Program-made: the position numbers and the translations under genes
The notes under the pieces: model-generated
What the model saw: the letters and a program-made list of their open reading frames with translations, nothing else
Database searches by the model: none
What the model was told of the DNA's origin: nothing
Origin: Tepidisphaera sp.
GTDB taxonomy: Bacteria > Planctomycetota > Phycisphaerae > Phycisphaerales > UBA1924
Assembly (NCBI GenBank): GCA_050916045.1
Contig: CP051526.1
Location: forward strand, 288,001 to 352,000
DNA: 64,000 bases
Direction of reading: 5' to 3'
Shown: piece after piece, positions 1 through 9,353 of the stretch
Position numbering within the stretch: the stretch's first letter is position 1
Layout: every line of letters begins with the position of its first letter

Positions 1-1
1 C

Positions 2-700
2 CGGCTTCATCATGCCCAGCGTCCGCGCGTTCATCAGGTGCCGCGTTTCCGGCGTCAGCGGCGTGTGCAAGCTCACGACATCCGCCCACGCCAAGCCCTC
101 CTCAAGCCCGAGCCGCTTGGCGTTCAGCGGCGCTGTCTCAAAGTCCAGGTGCACGCTCCGCGCCACGTACCCGATCCGCATCCCCCAGCCCATCGACCGC
201 AGCGCCGTCGCGTACCCGATCCGACCCGCGCCCACGATCAACAGGTTCCGCCCCGCAAGCTCAAGCCCGATGTGCGCCGCCATCGACAGGTGCCCGTTCG
301 CCGGATACGCCGCGCTCCGCGCGAACCGGTCGTTCTGCGGGATCCGCCGCGCCGTCGCCAGAAGCAGAGCCCACGCCAGATCCGCCGTCCCCTCCGTCAC
401 CGCGTCCGGCGTGTTCGTCACCACCACGCCCCGCGAAGCGCACAACGGCTTGTCGATGTTGTCCGTCCCCACCGCGCACTGACACACCCCGCGAAGCTGC
501 GGCCCTGCCGCATCCAGAAACTCCGCATCCACCTTGTCCGTGTACATCGTCACCACCACCGTCGCACCCCGAACCGCCGCGAGCAGAGCTTCCCGCGTCG
601 GCTTGGCGTCCCCCCCCTCGCGCACCTCGATCGTGCCCGGAAGCGTGAGGCGGCCCGAAAGCTGGCGCGTGATGACGACGAGCGGTGAATCGGTTGGCAT
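2..700 (-). CDS. D-2-hydroxyacid dehydrogenase (glyoxylate reductase / D-glycerate dehydrogenase family); 3' end runs off the window
   Basis: Not in the ORF track because it has no stop inside the window. Manual translation from ATG at 700: MPTDSPLVVITR...AVGTDNID...VTNTPDAVTEGTADLAWALLLATARR...IVGAGRIG (NAD-binding GxGxxG)...DVVSLHTPLTPETRHLMN. Confidence 0.9.
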   Translation of the reverse strand, partial: MPTDSPLVVITRQLSGRLTLPGTIEVREGGDAKPTREALLAAVRGATVVVTMYTDKVDAEFLDAAGPQLRGVCQCAVGTDNIDKPLCASRGVVVTNTPDAVTEGTADLAWALLLATARRIPQNDRFARSAAYPANGHLSMAAHIGLELAGRNLLIVGAGRIGYATALRSMGWGMRIGYVARSVHLDFETAPLNAKRLGLEEGLAWADVVSLHTPLTPETRHLMNARTLGMMKP

Positions 701-729
701 GCAGGAAGGTAGGAGCGAATGATCCGCCT

Positions 730-1545
730 ATGGACGACCGCTTCAAGGAGTTTCCCAAGTACCTCGCCGAGCGAGCGCGCCGTCTCACGCTGGGAAACGC
801 CCCCGCGATGGTCGCGCTCCCCGACCTCGCACCCGGCCAGTCCGCCCCCGCCGTCCTCTGGCTCCACGGCCGCACCGCAAGCAAGGAGATGGACCCCGGC
901 CGCTACATGCGATGGCTCCGAGCGGGCATTGCCGCGGTCGCGATCGACCTCCCCGGCCACGGCGAACGCCTCGACGCCGCCATGCAGGAACCCGCTCGCA
1001 CCCTCGACGTCCTCGAGCAAGCCCTGTTCGAGATCGACGCGATCGTCCGCGACATCCGTGCCCTCTCCGGCGTCGACCCGGCCCGCCTCGCCATCGGCGG
1101 CATGTCCCTGGGCGGCATGGTCACCCTCCGCCGCTTGTGCGACCCGCACCCCTTCCGAGCCGCCGCCGTCGAGGGCACCTCCGGCTGGCTTGAGGGCATG
1201 TACTTCCCGACGGATTTCGGCCTCCCCGTCCGCCCCTGGCCCGTCGACCACCCGCGCCCGCGCGTGCAGAAGCTCGAAGCCCAGCGCAACCTCGGCGGCA
1301 TGACGCCCCTCCCGCTACTCCTCCTTCACAGCGAAGCTGACGAAATGGTCCCCTGGGAAGTCCAGAAGCGATTCATCGAGTCGCTCCGCGCCCACTACAC
1401 ATCCCGTGCCGCCGACCCCGCGATGATTCAGGTCCAGACCTGGCCCACCACCGGCGCCCCCCGCGAACACATCGGCTTCGGCCGCATGAGCAACGACGCG
1501 AAGAATCTCCAGACGGAGTTCTTCGCCCGTTCACTCGGCGTTTGA
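730..1545 (+). CDS. alpha/beta-fold hydrolase (esterase-like)
   Basis: VLWLHG, IDLPGHGER, nucleophile elbow GMSLGG, then HSEAD and a C-terminal His; start taken at MDDRF. Confidence 0.85.
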   Translation: MDDRFKEFPKYLAERARRLTLGNAPAMVALPDLAPGQSAPAVLWLHGRTASKEMDPGRYMRWLRAGIAAVAIDLPGHGERLDAAMQEPARTLDVLEQALFEIDAIVRDIRALSGVDPARLAIGGMSLGGMVTLRRLCDPHPFRAAAVEGTSGWLEGMYFPTDFGLPVRPWPVDHPRPRVQKLEAQRNLGGMTPLPLLLLHSEADEMVPWEVQKRFIESLRAHYTSRAADPAMIQVQTWPTTGAPREHIGFGRMSNDAKNLQTEFFARSLGV

Positions 1546-2610
1546 AGCGCCCAAGGCGATCGGCTTCCGCCACGAGAATGCCATCCCCGGTCGCCGCACC
1601 GCCCACACCAAAAGCCCCGCGCCCGCCGCCAGCATCCCAACCGAAAGCCATTGCCCCCGCGTCAGCCCCATGATGTACTGCGTCTTCAGCGGGTCCGGAA
1701 GCCGCCAGTACTGCTCGATCAAAATCCGAAGCACCCCGTACATCAGCAGGAACGACGCCGTGATCACCCCCGGCTTCCGCGGCTTCGCCCAGATCAGCCA
1801 AAGCAACCCGCCCACGACGATTCCCTCCGCCGCCGCTTGGTAAAGCTGGCTCGGATGCCGCGCCGCCAGAAGCGGTGTCAGCTGCGTCGCAAGCTCATTC
1901 GCCGCCGCCGTCGATTTGCTCTGCACCGCCTGCACCAGCCGCTCGATCGCCGCTCCGTCCGTGTCCCCCTCCACCCGCACCTTGTCCGCCAGATCAAGCA
2001 GCGCCGTCGTCTGCTCCGGCGTCAGCTTCGGCCGATGCTCCGAAAGCAGCTCCTCCGGGAACCGCACCGACCACCACGGCCCCGGCTCGCCGGGCTTGGC
2101 GACAATCCGCCCCAAGAGCTCGCCATTCACGAAATTCGCAAGCCGGCCGAAAAGCAGCCCCGGCACAGCGATCAGACACGACACATCCGCGATGTGAAAC
2201 ACCGGCGCCTTCCCCAACCGCGTTCCGTCCTCTTGCACAAACCCGCGCGAGATCCACCATGCCGCCGCAAGCACACCCGCCATCCCCCCGTGCGAAGCCA
2301 TCCCGCCCTTCTGAATCGCGAAGACGCCCCAGTACGGAAACGTGCCCGACAGATCCGTGAGAAGCGACGGGCTGTAGAAAAGCACGTACCCCAGCCTACC
2401 GCCCACCACCACGCCGAACACGAAGATCAGAATCACATCGATCGCGTTCTGCGGCGGTACCAGCACGCGCCGCTTCTTCCCAAGCATGTACAGGATGATC
2501 CCCGCCACCAGAAAGCCCATCAGATACGAAACCCCGTACCACCGTATCTTGAGAAGCCCAAGGTCCAGAAGCACAGGGTCCATGCGATGAAGATGCGAAG
2601 CGTCAATCAT
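1531..2610 (-). CDS. lgt: prolipoprotein diacylglyceryl transferase
   Basis: IRWYG, GGRLGYVLFY, GGMASHGG, GRLANFVNGELLGR and RHPSQLY motifs. Confidence 0.95.
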   Translation of the reverse strand: MIDASHLHRMDPVLLDLGLLKIRWYGVSYLMGFLVAGIILYMLGKKRRVLVPPQNAIDVILIFVFGVVVGGRLGYVLFYSPSLLTDLSGTFPYWGVFAIQKGGMASHGGMAGVLAAAWWISRGFVQEDGTRLGKAPVFHIADVSCLIAVPGLLFGRLANFVNGELLGRIVAKPGEPGPWWSVRFPEELLSEHRPKLTPEQTTALLDLADKVRVEGDTDGAAIERLVQAVQSKSTAAANELATQLTPLLAARHPSQLYQAAAEGIVVGGLLWLIWAKPRKPGVITASFLLMYGVLRILIEQYWRLPDPLKTQYIMGLTRGQWLSVGMLAAGAGLLVWAVRRPGMAFSWRKPIALGASNAE

Positions 2611-2628
2611 GGGGGCTCGCTCAGTCCT

Positions 2629-3414
2629 TCAAGAAACCGCCGGCACCGTGATGCCGAAGAATGCCTTCGTGTTCGCGTTGATCTGCTCAAGAAATGCCGG
2701 AAGCGACTCGCCGCGAGCTTCCGCCACCCTCGCCGCTGTCAAGCTAGCCATCCACGGCTCGCACGGCCGCGTCCCGCGGTGCGGCTCGGGCGGCAGGAAC
2801 GGCGCATCCGTCTCGATCATGATCCGGTCCTTCGGCACCAGCTTCGCCGCTTCCCGAACCTCCGCCGCGCTCTTGTACGTCGCGACGCCGGTAAAGCTCA
2901 TGAACGACCCAAGGTCCAGCGCCAGCTTCGCGTCCGCCCGCGACCCGGTGAAGCAGTGGAACACCATCCGCGTCGTGTCCAGCCCGCTCGCTTTGAGAAT
3001 CGGCACCAGATCCGCGAACGCCTCGCGGCAGTGAAGCACGATCGGCTTCTTCACGCCCGACCGTTTGATGAACTCCAGGTGTTCCTCAAGCACCGCGTGC
3101 TGCACGTCCCGCGCCGGCTCCGAATAGTGGTTATCCAAACCAAGCTCGCCCCACGCGACGCACTTCGGATCCGCGATGCACGTTCCCAGATTCTCCCACA
3201 CGTGCGGACCCTCGTGCGAGTGAAGCGGGTGGATCCCCGCCGTCGACCAGACATTCGCGTACGTCCGCGCCAGAGCGAGCGCCTGCAGACAGTCGCTCGT
3301 CGTCGTCGAGATCGTGATCGCTCCCGTCACGCCCTTCGCCCGGGCGATCTCAAGCACCGAGGGCACCCGCTTCGCAAAATCCGGGAATGTCAGATGGCAA
3401 TGCGTGTCAATCAC
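2629..3414 (-). CDS. tatD: TatD family hydrolase
   Basis: IDTHCHL, GIHP, GELGLD, LHCREA, FHCFTG and IETDAPFL. Confidence 0.93.
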   Translation of the reverse strand: MIDTHCHLTFPDFAKRVPSVLEIARAKGVTGAITISTTTSDCLQALALARTYANVWSTAGIHPLHSHEGPHVWENLGTCIADPKCVAWGELGLDNHYSEPARDVQHAVLEEHLEFIKRSGVKKPIVLHCREAFADLVPILKASGLDTTRMVFHCFTGSRADAKLALDLGSFMSFTGVATYKSAAEVREAAKLVPKDRIMIETDAPFLPPEPHRGTRPCEPWMASLTAARVAEARGESLPAFLEQINANTKAFFGITVPAVS

Positions 3415-3470
3415 ACCGCAGTGTACCCCGCCCCGCGAACCCTCCCGCGACTCGGCGGTACACTCCCATC

Positions 3471-5048
3471 ATGACAACCCCCGCCAAGCCACGCTTGTCC
3501 CGGTTCTTCAGGCTTTACTCGGCTTGCGGGATGCTCATCCTCGCCGTCGGCTCCGCGTCGGTCTTCGCCGCGGCCGCCTCCGCGCGGACGTCCGTCCAGC
3601 CCGCCGCGACCGCTCTCGCCGCCACCCGAACCGAACACTGGTACGAGGTCTCCCTCGGCGGCAAGCACGCCGGCTACCAGCACAGCCAGGTCATCCGCGA
3701 GAACGACCTCATCACCACCCGCCAGCGCGTCCTCCTCGTCATCAAGCGCGGTCAGACCGAGATCAAGAACTCCGTCGAAGCCGAAACCGTCGAGACCTCC
3801 GCCAACGTCCTCAAATCCATGCGCTCCCGCACCGAACTCGGCGGCAAACCCATGGTCGCCGAGTACACCTTTGGCGGCGATACCGTCAAGATCACCCGCA
3901 TCCAGGACGGCAACAAGCTCGAGTCCTCCGAAAGCCTCCCCAAGCCCTCCGACCCCGCTTGGCTCACCCCAGCCGCCGCGCAGACCTTCATCGCAACCCG
4001 CCAAGCCGCAGGCGCCAAAGACTTCAAGGTCACCACCATCGACCCCGCCGGAGGCCTCGAACCCTCCACCGACGCGTACACGCTCCTCGAACAAGCCAAC
4101 CTCGACGTCTCCGGCAAAAAGGTCAAGACCTGGAAGTACAAGGTCGTCGCCGGCAAGCCCAAAGACCTTGAGCAGACCATGTGGCTTGACGAAAAAGGCG
4201 AAGTCGTCCGGATCGAGATGGACCTCGGCGGAACCAAGCTCATCACCATGGCTTCCGACCGCGCAAGAGCCCTGCGAGCGACCGAAAGCCCCGAAATCAT
4301 GGTCGCCACCTTCGTCAAGCCCACCGGCAAGACCAAGTCGCTCGCCGACGCCCGCAAGGTCACCCAAGCCGAGTTCCTCGTCTCCATCCCCGACGGCGAC
4401 CTTCCCGACCTTCCCGTCACCGGCACGCAGACCTTTACCCGCCGCTCAAAGTCCTCCGGCGTCGTCACCGTCGATGCTTCCGGCAAAGCCCAAGCCGCCA
4501 AGGGCGATGACGACGGGGCCCTCAAGCCATCCGCATGGGTCAACAGCGAGGACGACGAGATCGTCAAGGAAACCCGCAAAGCTCTGGCTTCGCTGAAAGA
4601 ACAAGCCACCCCCGCCGAGAAAGCCGAAGCCATCCGCGCTCACGTCCACCGCTTCATCCAAAGCAAAAATCTCGGCAGCGGCTTCGCCACCGCCAGCGAG
4701 GTCGTCCGCTCAAAGTCCGGCGACTGCACCGAGCACGCCCTCCTCACCGCCGCCATGCTCCGCGCCGCAAGCATCCCCTCCCGCGTCGTCAGCGGCCTGG
4801 TCTTCGCCGATCAGTTCGCCGGTGAGCACCAGGTCTTCGCGTACCACATGTGGACCCAGGCCCGCATCGAGGTCGACGGCACCCCCCGCTGGATCGAGCT
4901 CGACGCCACCCTCGCGAGCCAAGCGTTCGACGCGACGCACATCGCCCTCGTGACGACCACCCTCAAGGACGGCGAATTCGAGACCGCCATGAGCCCGATC
5001 GCGAAAATGCTGGGCAAGCTCAAGGTCGAGGTCGTTCGAGCCGAATAG
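3471..5048 (+). CDS. secreted transglutaminase-like domain protein
   Basis: Signal-peptide-like N-terminus; C-terminal GDCTEHA...YHMW...WIELDAT Cys-His-Asp triad; start taken at MTTP. Confidence 0.85.
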   Translation: MTTPAKPRLSRFFRLYSACGMLILAVGSASVFAAAASARTSVQPAATALAATRTEHWYEVSLGGKHAGYQHSQVIRENDLITTRQRVLLVIKRGQTEIKNSVEAETVETSANVLKSMRSRTELGGKPMVAEYTFGGDTVKITRIQDGNKLESSESLPKPSDPAWLTPAAAQTFIATRQAAGAKDFKVTTIDPAGGLEPSTDAYTLLEQANLDVSGKKVKTWKYKVVAGKPKDLEQTMWLDEKGEVVRIEMDLGGTKLITMASDRARALRATESPEIMVATFVKPTGKTKSLADARKVTQAEFLVSIPDGDLPDLPVTGTQTFTRRSKSSGVVTVDASGKAQAAKGDDDGALKPSAWVNSEDDEIVKETRKALASLKEQATPAEKAEAIRAHVHRFIQSKNLGSGFATASEVVRSKSGDCTEHALLTAAMLRAASIPSRVVSGLVFADQFAGEHQVFAYHMWTQARIEVDGTPRWIELDATLASQAFDATHIALVTTTLKDGEFETAMSPIAKMLGKLKVEVVRAE

Positions 5049-5710
5049 GGCCAGAAGAGACGACCGCGCGAGCGGTCGACGACGCCCTATTCCCCTCAGC
5101 ACCCATTCCAGCCCACACCCAACCAATCCCGTCCGGCCACCGCGAGGGCCCGTCCCAAGGCCCGCTCTCCTCGCAGCACCTCAGCGAGCTCAAAGCCGCA
5201 CGCGCCCGCTCCGCCAAGATCCGCCGGGCCGCCGCCGTTGCCCTCTTCAACGGCTGGACGCTCGCCCTCGCCGCGGCCTTCTCGCTTCTCATGCTCCTCT
5301 TTGACCTCTCCGTGCTGAACGCCGTCCTCGTCCTCGCGCTCGCCGCTTTCGCCACCGTCGAGTTCCGAGGAGCCGCCGGCCTCCGCAAGCTGAGCCCCGC
5401 CGCCGCCCGCACCCTCGGCCGCAATCAGCTCACCCTCGCCGCGGCCGTCTTCACGTACTGCCTCTGGCAGCTCTGGCAAGCCGCGACCAACCCGCCGGTC
5501 GTCCCGCCAACCGGCGACCCTCACATGGATGAACTCATCACCGGCGTGTCCAAGTACGTCGCGTTCGCGCTGTACGGCAGCCTCGCGGTCCTCGGCACCC
5601 TCTTCTCCGGCCTCAACGCGTGGTACTACTTCACCCGCGCCCGTACCGTCGAGCAGTTCATCGCGACCACGCCCGACTGGGTCCGCACGACCCTCCGCGT
5701 CGCCGCTTGA
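4850..5710 (+). CDS. hypothetical membrane protein (about 4 TM helices); true start uncertain, probably downstream of 5045
   Basis: Hydrophobic segments and C-ending codon bias from about 5170 on; the only in-frame canonical start upstream of the TM region (GTG 4850) overlaps the upstream gene. Confidence 0.7.
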   Translation: MDPGPHRGRRHPPLDRARRHPREPSVRRDAHRPRDDHPQGRRIRDRHEPDRENAGQAQGRGRSSRIGPEETTARAVDDALFPSAPIPAHTQPIPSGHREGPSQGPLSSQHLSELKAARARSAKIRRAAAVALFNGWTLALAAAFSLLMLLFDLSVLNAVLVLALAAFATVEFRGAAGLRKLSPAAARTLGRNQLTLAAAVFTYCLWQLWQAATNPPVVPPTGDPHMDELITGVSKYVAFALYGSLAVLGTLFSGLNAWYYFTRARTVEQFIATTPDWVRTTLRVAA

Positions 5711-5724
5711 AGAGGCGTGTGGAG

Positions 5725-6588
5725 TCAGCGCCCGGACAACTCCTGCAATTCACGAAGCTCGCGACCTTGTGAATCTCGCCATTCCCTTCGACCGTTGGCA
5801 TTTCGAGCCAGTACAACCGCCGCCGCAGTAGAGGGGGACGACATTACATAGCGCTGAGTAAATCGATAGATCTCACCGGTTCGAACAAGGACGCCCGACT
5901 CCAGGAGCTGCCGTCGCAGCGCGGTTACGTAAGGGGGAGTCGTAGGCGTCTCCGTCAGCGCGGCCGTAGACCCCTCCTCAATCACAAAGCCGTCGTCGCT
6001 CTCATAACCGGATGCTTCTGCACCCTTTCCGCTCGCTCGAAGCCGAGGGGTGGAAACTACGACCGCGGATGGCTGCTCAAACACGCCAAGGCCAAGTACA
6101 GGGAAGCACAACAGCATCTCGGCGAGAAACCCGTCCGTCTCTGCTTCGTCGGCTTCCGAAAGAGACGGTCGATCTGGTACGTTTGCGTTGTCGATCTCGC
6201 ACCGCTTCGCGGTCGCCGCTAGTGCGACGAGACGGGACTCGAGGTACTGCACGTGCGCCTTGTTGAGATTGTCGTCTTTGCTGACGAAAGCAAATCCTTG
6301 CGTCCAGAACTCCTTCTTCGAGGAGTGTGAATCAAGGCGAGGCCGGATCGGATCGCCCTCGCCCACGTAAATGCGGAGGGCTCCCGTTGATTCGGACGGT
6401 CCAGTGAGAACGTATACTCCAGTTTTGTCGAACTCACGTCGTTGTTTTGCCTCTTGGTAGCTTGAACGAGGAAAAACCACTCCCCTTCCACTCCAGTTCG
6501 ACTTCTCAACGGTTCGGATCCCGGACGGCGATCCGTCCGCGACGAAAATCCTAATCGAGAATGGACGCTGTTTGACCGTGGTTGTCAT
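5725..6588 (-). CDS. GIY-YIG nuclease family protein with DUF4357-like C-terminal domain
   Basis: GVYVLTG...IYVGEG...RL..H..KKEFW...YLESRL; C-terminal SSPSTAAAVVLARNANGRREW; lower GC than neighbours. Confidence 0.88.
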   Translation of the reverse strand: MTTTVKQRPFSIRIFVADGSPSGIRTVEKSNWSGRGVVFPRSSYQEAKQRREFDKTGVYVLTGPSESTGALRIYVGEGDPIRPRLDSHSSKKEFWTQGFAFVSKDDNLNKAHVQYLESRLVALAATAKRCEIDNANVPDRPSLSEADEAETDGFLAEMLLCFPVLGLGVFEQPSAVVVSTPRLRASGKGAEASGYESDDGFVIEEGSTAALTETPTTPPYVTALRRQLLESGVLVRTGEIYRFTQRYVMSSPSTAAAVVLARNANGRREWRDSQGRELRELQELSGR

Positions 6589-6634
6589 CAGGAACTTCCT
6601 GTCGTTTAGCCAACCGATTGGATGAGTCCTGAGC

Positions 6635-7297
6635 TCACACCGCGACCGTCCCCACGTTCGCCGCCACGTCGAACGCGGCTTCCGTCCCCTTTTTGACCTC
6701 GTCCATCGTCACGCCCGGCGCAAGCTCGATCAGCTTGAACCGGCTCGTCTTCTCGTCAAACTCGAACACCGCAAGGTCCGTGATGAGCATGTGCACGCAC
6801 CGCTTGCCCGTCAGCGGCAACCCGCACGACTTGACGAACTTCGCCACGCCTCCCTTGGCCGTGTGCTCCATCACGACGATAACCCGCCGCACCCCCGCGA
6901 CCAGGTCCATCGCTCCGCCCATCCCCTTCACAAGCTTGCCCGGCACCATCCAGTTCGCCAGGTCGCCGCTCTCCGACACCTGCATCGCTCCCAGAATGCA
7001 CATGTCGATGTGCCCGCCTCGGATCATCGCGAACGACTCCGCCGACGAGAAGAACGACGCACCCGCTCGGGCCGTCACCGTCTGCTTCCCCGCGTTGATC
7101 AGGTCCGCATCCACCTTGTCCTCGGTCGGGAACGGCCCGATCCCGAGCAGCCCGTTCTCGCTCTGAAGCCAGACATCCATCCCCTTGGGGATGAAGTTGG
7201 CAACCAGCGTCGGAATGCCGATCCCCAGGTTCACGACGTACCCATCGCGGAGTTCCTTCGCCGCACGCATCGCAAGTTGGTCCCGAGTCAGTGGCAT
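6635..7297 (-). CDS. scoB: 3-oxoacid CoA-transferase subunit B
   Basis: [13 protein letters not shown], catalytic QSENG, GGHID and [10 protein letters not shown]. Confidence 0.93.
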   Translation of the reverse strand: MPLTRDQLAMRAAKELRDGYVVNLGIGIPTLVANFIPKGMDVWLQSENGLLGIGPFPTEDKVDADLINAGKQTVTARAGASFFSSAESFAMIRGGHIDMCILGAMQVSESGDLANWMVPGKLVKGMGGAMDLVAGVRRVIVVMEHTAKGGVAKFVKSCGLPLTGKRCVHMLITDLAVFEFDEKTSRFKLIELAPGVTMDEVKKGTEAAFDVAANVGTVAV

Positions 7298-7387
7298 AGG
7301 TCCTCAGGATATGCCCCGTGCACGCCTTACTCCCTAGGCTCTCTCCCTCTCGAAAAGCCCCGCTTGACCCCCCAACGAGACTCCCTC

Positions 7388-8131
7388 ATGAGCACGCTCG
7401 GCATCCTCTCCGCCATGCCGCAGGAACTCGACGCCGTCCTCGCCATGATGTCCCGCGTCACGACCACCAGCCGGGCGGGCCGGACCTTCCACCGCGGCTT
7501 GCTCGAAGGCATCCCCGCCGTCGCGGTCTTCTCCCGGTGGGGAAAGGTCGCCGCCGCGTCCACCGCGACCGAGCTCCTGATCGGGCACGGCGTCTCGCGG
7601 ATCGTCTTTACCGGAGTCGCTGGCGGCCTCGCCCCGGGCGTCGCCGTCGGCGACATCGTCGTCGCCCACCGCCTGTGGCAGCACGACCTGGACGCCTCCC
7701 CCCTCTACCCCCGCGGCGAGATCCCGCTCCTGGGCGTTGCCGCGATCGAGTCCGACCCCGCGCTCCGACAAGCCCTCCTTCAGTCAAGCCAAGCGTTCAT
7801 CCGCGACGAGCTCTCCGCCCTGAGATCCCCGATGCTCGCACGCACGCCCCGCGTCCATCTCGGCGACATCGCTTCCGGCGATCGGTTCATCGCAAGCGAC
7901 GCCGCCCGGGCCGACGTGCTCGCCGCGGTTCCCTCCGCGCTCTGCGTCGAGATGGAGGGCGCCGCCGTCGCGCAGGTCTGCCACGAGCACGGCATCCCCT
8001 TCGCCTGTGTCCGCACCATCAGCGACACCGCCGACGCCCACGCCGCCGGAACCGTCATGGACTTCATCAACGCCCTCGCCGGGGTCTATTCCGCAGGCAT
8101 CATCTCGCGAGCGGCCAAGCTCCACGCCTGA
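7388..8131 (+). CDS. mtnN: 5'-methylthioadenosine/S-adenosylhomocysteine nucleosidase
   Basis: GILSAMPQE, GKVAAA, FTGVAGG, SGDRFI, VEMEGAAVAQVC and RTISDTAD; start at ATG 7388. Confidence 0.92.
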   Translation: MSTLGILSAMPQELDAVLAMMSRVTTTSRAGRTFHRGLLEGIPAVAVFSRWGKVAAASTATELLIGHGVSRIVFTGVAGGLAPGVAVGDIVVAHRLWQHDLDASPLYPRGEIPLLGVAAIESDPALRQALLQSSQAFIRDELSALRSPMLARTPRVHLGDIASGDRFIASDAARADVLAAVPSALCVEMEGAAVAQVCHEHGIPFACVRTISDTADAHAAGTVMDFINALAGVYSAGIISRAAKLHA

Positions 8132-8141
8132 CCATGCTCGC

Positions 8142-9353
8142 TCATTTTACAAGAATCAGCGGCTGGCGAAGCACCACGCGATCCTGAATCGCCCCGTTCT
8201 CGGCCGGATCAAGCGTCATCCGAAGCGGCCCGCCCCCCGCCAAAAGCTCCATGTTCAGGTCCGCCTCCGGCGTCTCCCCGTTCAGCCGTACGCGAGCAAG
8301 CTCCTTGCCCCCGATCCCCTTCACGCCCGTCTGCTCCACAACCAGCACACAATCGCCCCACACGCGGCACGCCGCCGGAAGCACCGCCCGCATCGAGATC
8401 CGCTCCGCCCCCTCGGGAAGCGACCACGTCACCACCATCGGCGCCGGAAGCGTCACGTCCGCCGCTCCCAGCGGCACCCCGATGTCGCCCACCTCGATCG
8501 GGTCCGCGACCGACCGCGTTCCGTAAGGCTCCGTCGTCGCGGGCGCGAATCCCGCAAGCGGCAGCACCGCCCCTGCGTTCTCCACAAACCCCACGATCTC
8601 CTCCGTCGGGAAAAGCAGTTCCTTCCCGTCCCGCACGATCGTCGTGTCCGCCGCCGTCCCCGCGATCTTCGTCACGCGAAGCGTCTCCCCCGTCGCAAGC
8701 CAGATCATCGTCCCCGCCAAAGCCTTCCGCGGATTGCTGAACTCCACCCGCGACACCCGCTCGATCGGAAGCGTCCGCTTCTTCTTCTCAACCTCAAGCT
8801 CAAGCGTCGCACCCGCATCACCCGCGCCGCCCACGCTCTCCACAAACCCGCGAAGCCTGTCGCCATTCACAAGCCGGACCACATCCTCCCCAGGCGCTGC
8901 CGCTGGCGGCGAATCCTCAAGCGGAAGCAGATCCACCGCCGCCAGATCGTCAAGCTTGAACGCAACGTCCCCGAACCGCCGCGACTGCCAGACCACCGTC
9001 TCCCCCGCATCCTTCCCTTCGCCCGCCGGGCCCAGCGACCCTAGAAGCGTCTCCCCCCGGACCGTCACAAGCTTCGTCTCGCCCACCGAACCCGATCCCA
9101 CGCCCTCCCCCGGACCGTCCGGAAGCACCGCCACCACGTCGCGGCGAAGCACCGTCGAAGCCTTCCCACGCGGGCCCACCACCTGCACCTGCTCCGCCCC
9201 GATCGAAAGCAAGCGGACCGGGCGACGCGTCAGATCCTTCATCACAAGCACCCGCGGGACCCCCGTCGGTGCTTTCGGCTTGGCCGCCTGCTCGCCGCCC
9301 GGCTGACCCGTCAGCAAAGCTCCGATCGCCAGAATGACAACGGTGCTGTTCAT
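8142..9353 (-). CDS. secreted hypothetical protein (possible C-terminal NPCBM/NEW2-like beta-sandwich), last gene of the vWA operon
   Basis: Signal-like N-terminus, repeated 'V.L.NGD.L.G' type segments, 4-bp overlap with the upstream gene. Confidence 0.65.
   Translation of the reverse strand: MNSTVVILAIGALLTGQPGGEQAAKPKAPTGVPRVLVMKDLTRRPVRLLSIGAEQVQVVGPRGKASTVLRRDVVAVLPDGPGEGVGSGSVGETKLVTVRGETLLGSLGPAGEGKDAGETVVWQSRRFGDVAFKLDDLAAVDLLPLEDSPPAAAPGEDVVRLVNGDRLRGFVESVGGAGDAGATLELEVEKKKRTLPIERVSRVEFSNPRKALAGTMIWLATGETLRVTKIAGTAADTTIVRDGKELLFPTEEIVGFVENAGAVLPLAGFAPATTEPYGTRSVADPIEVGDIGVPLGAADVTLPAPMVVTWSLPEGAERISMRAVLPAACRVWGDCVLVVEQTGVKGIGGKELARVRLNGETPEADLNMELLAGGGPLRMTLDPAENGAIQDRVVLRQPLILVK

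Noticed and set aside
600..625. frameshift at the C8 run in the dehydrogenase gene
   Set aside because: Manual translation stays in frame (VREGGDAK); the gene is missing from the ORF track only because it lacks a stop inside the window.
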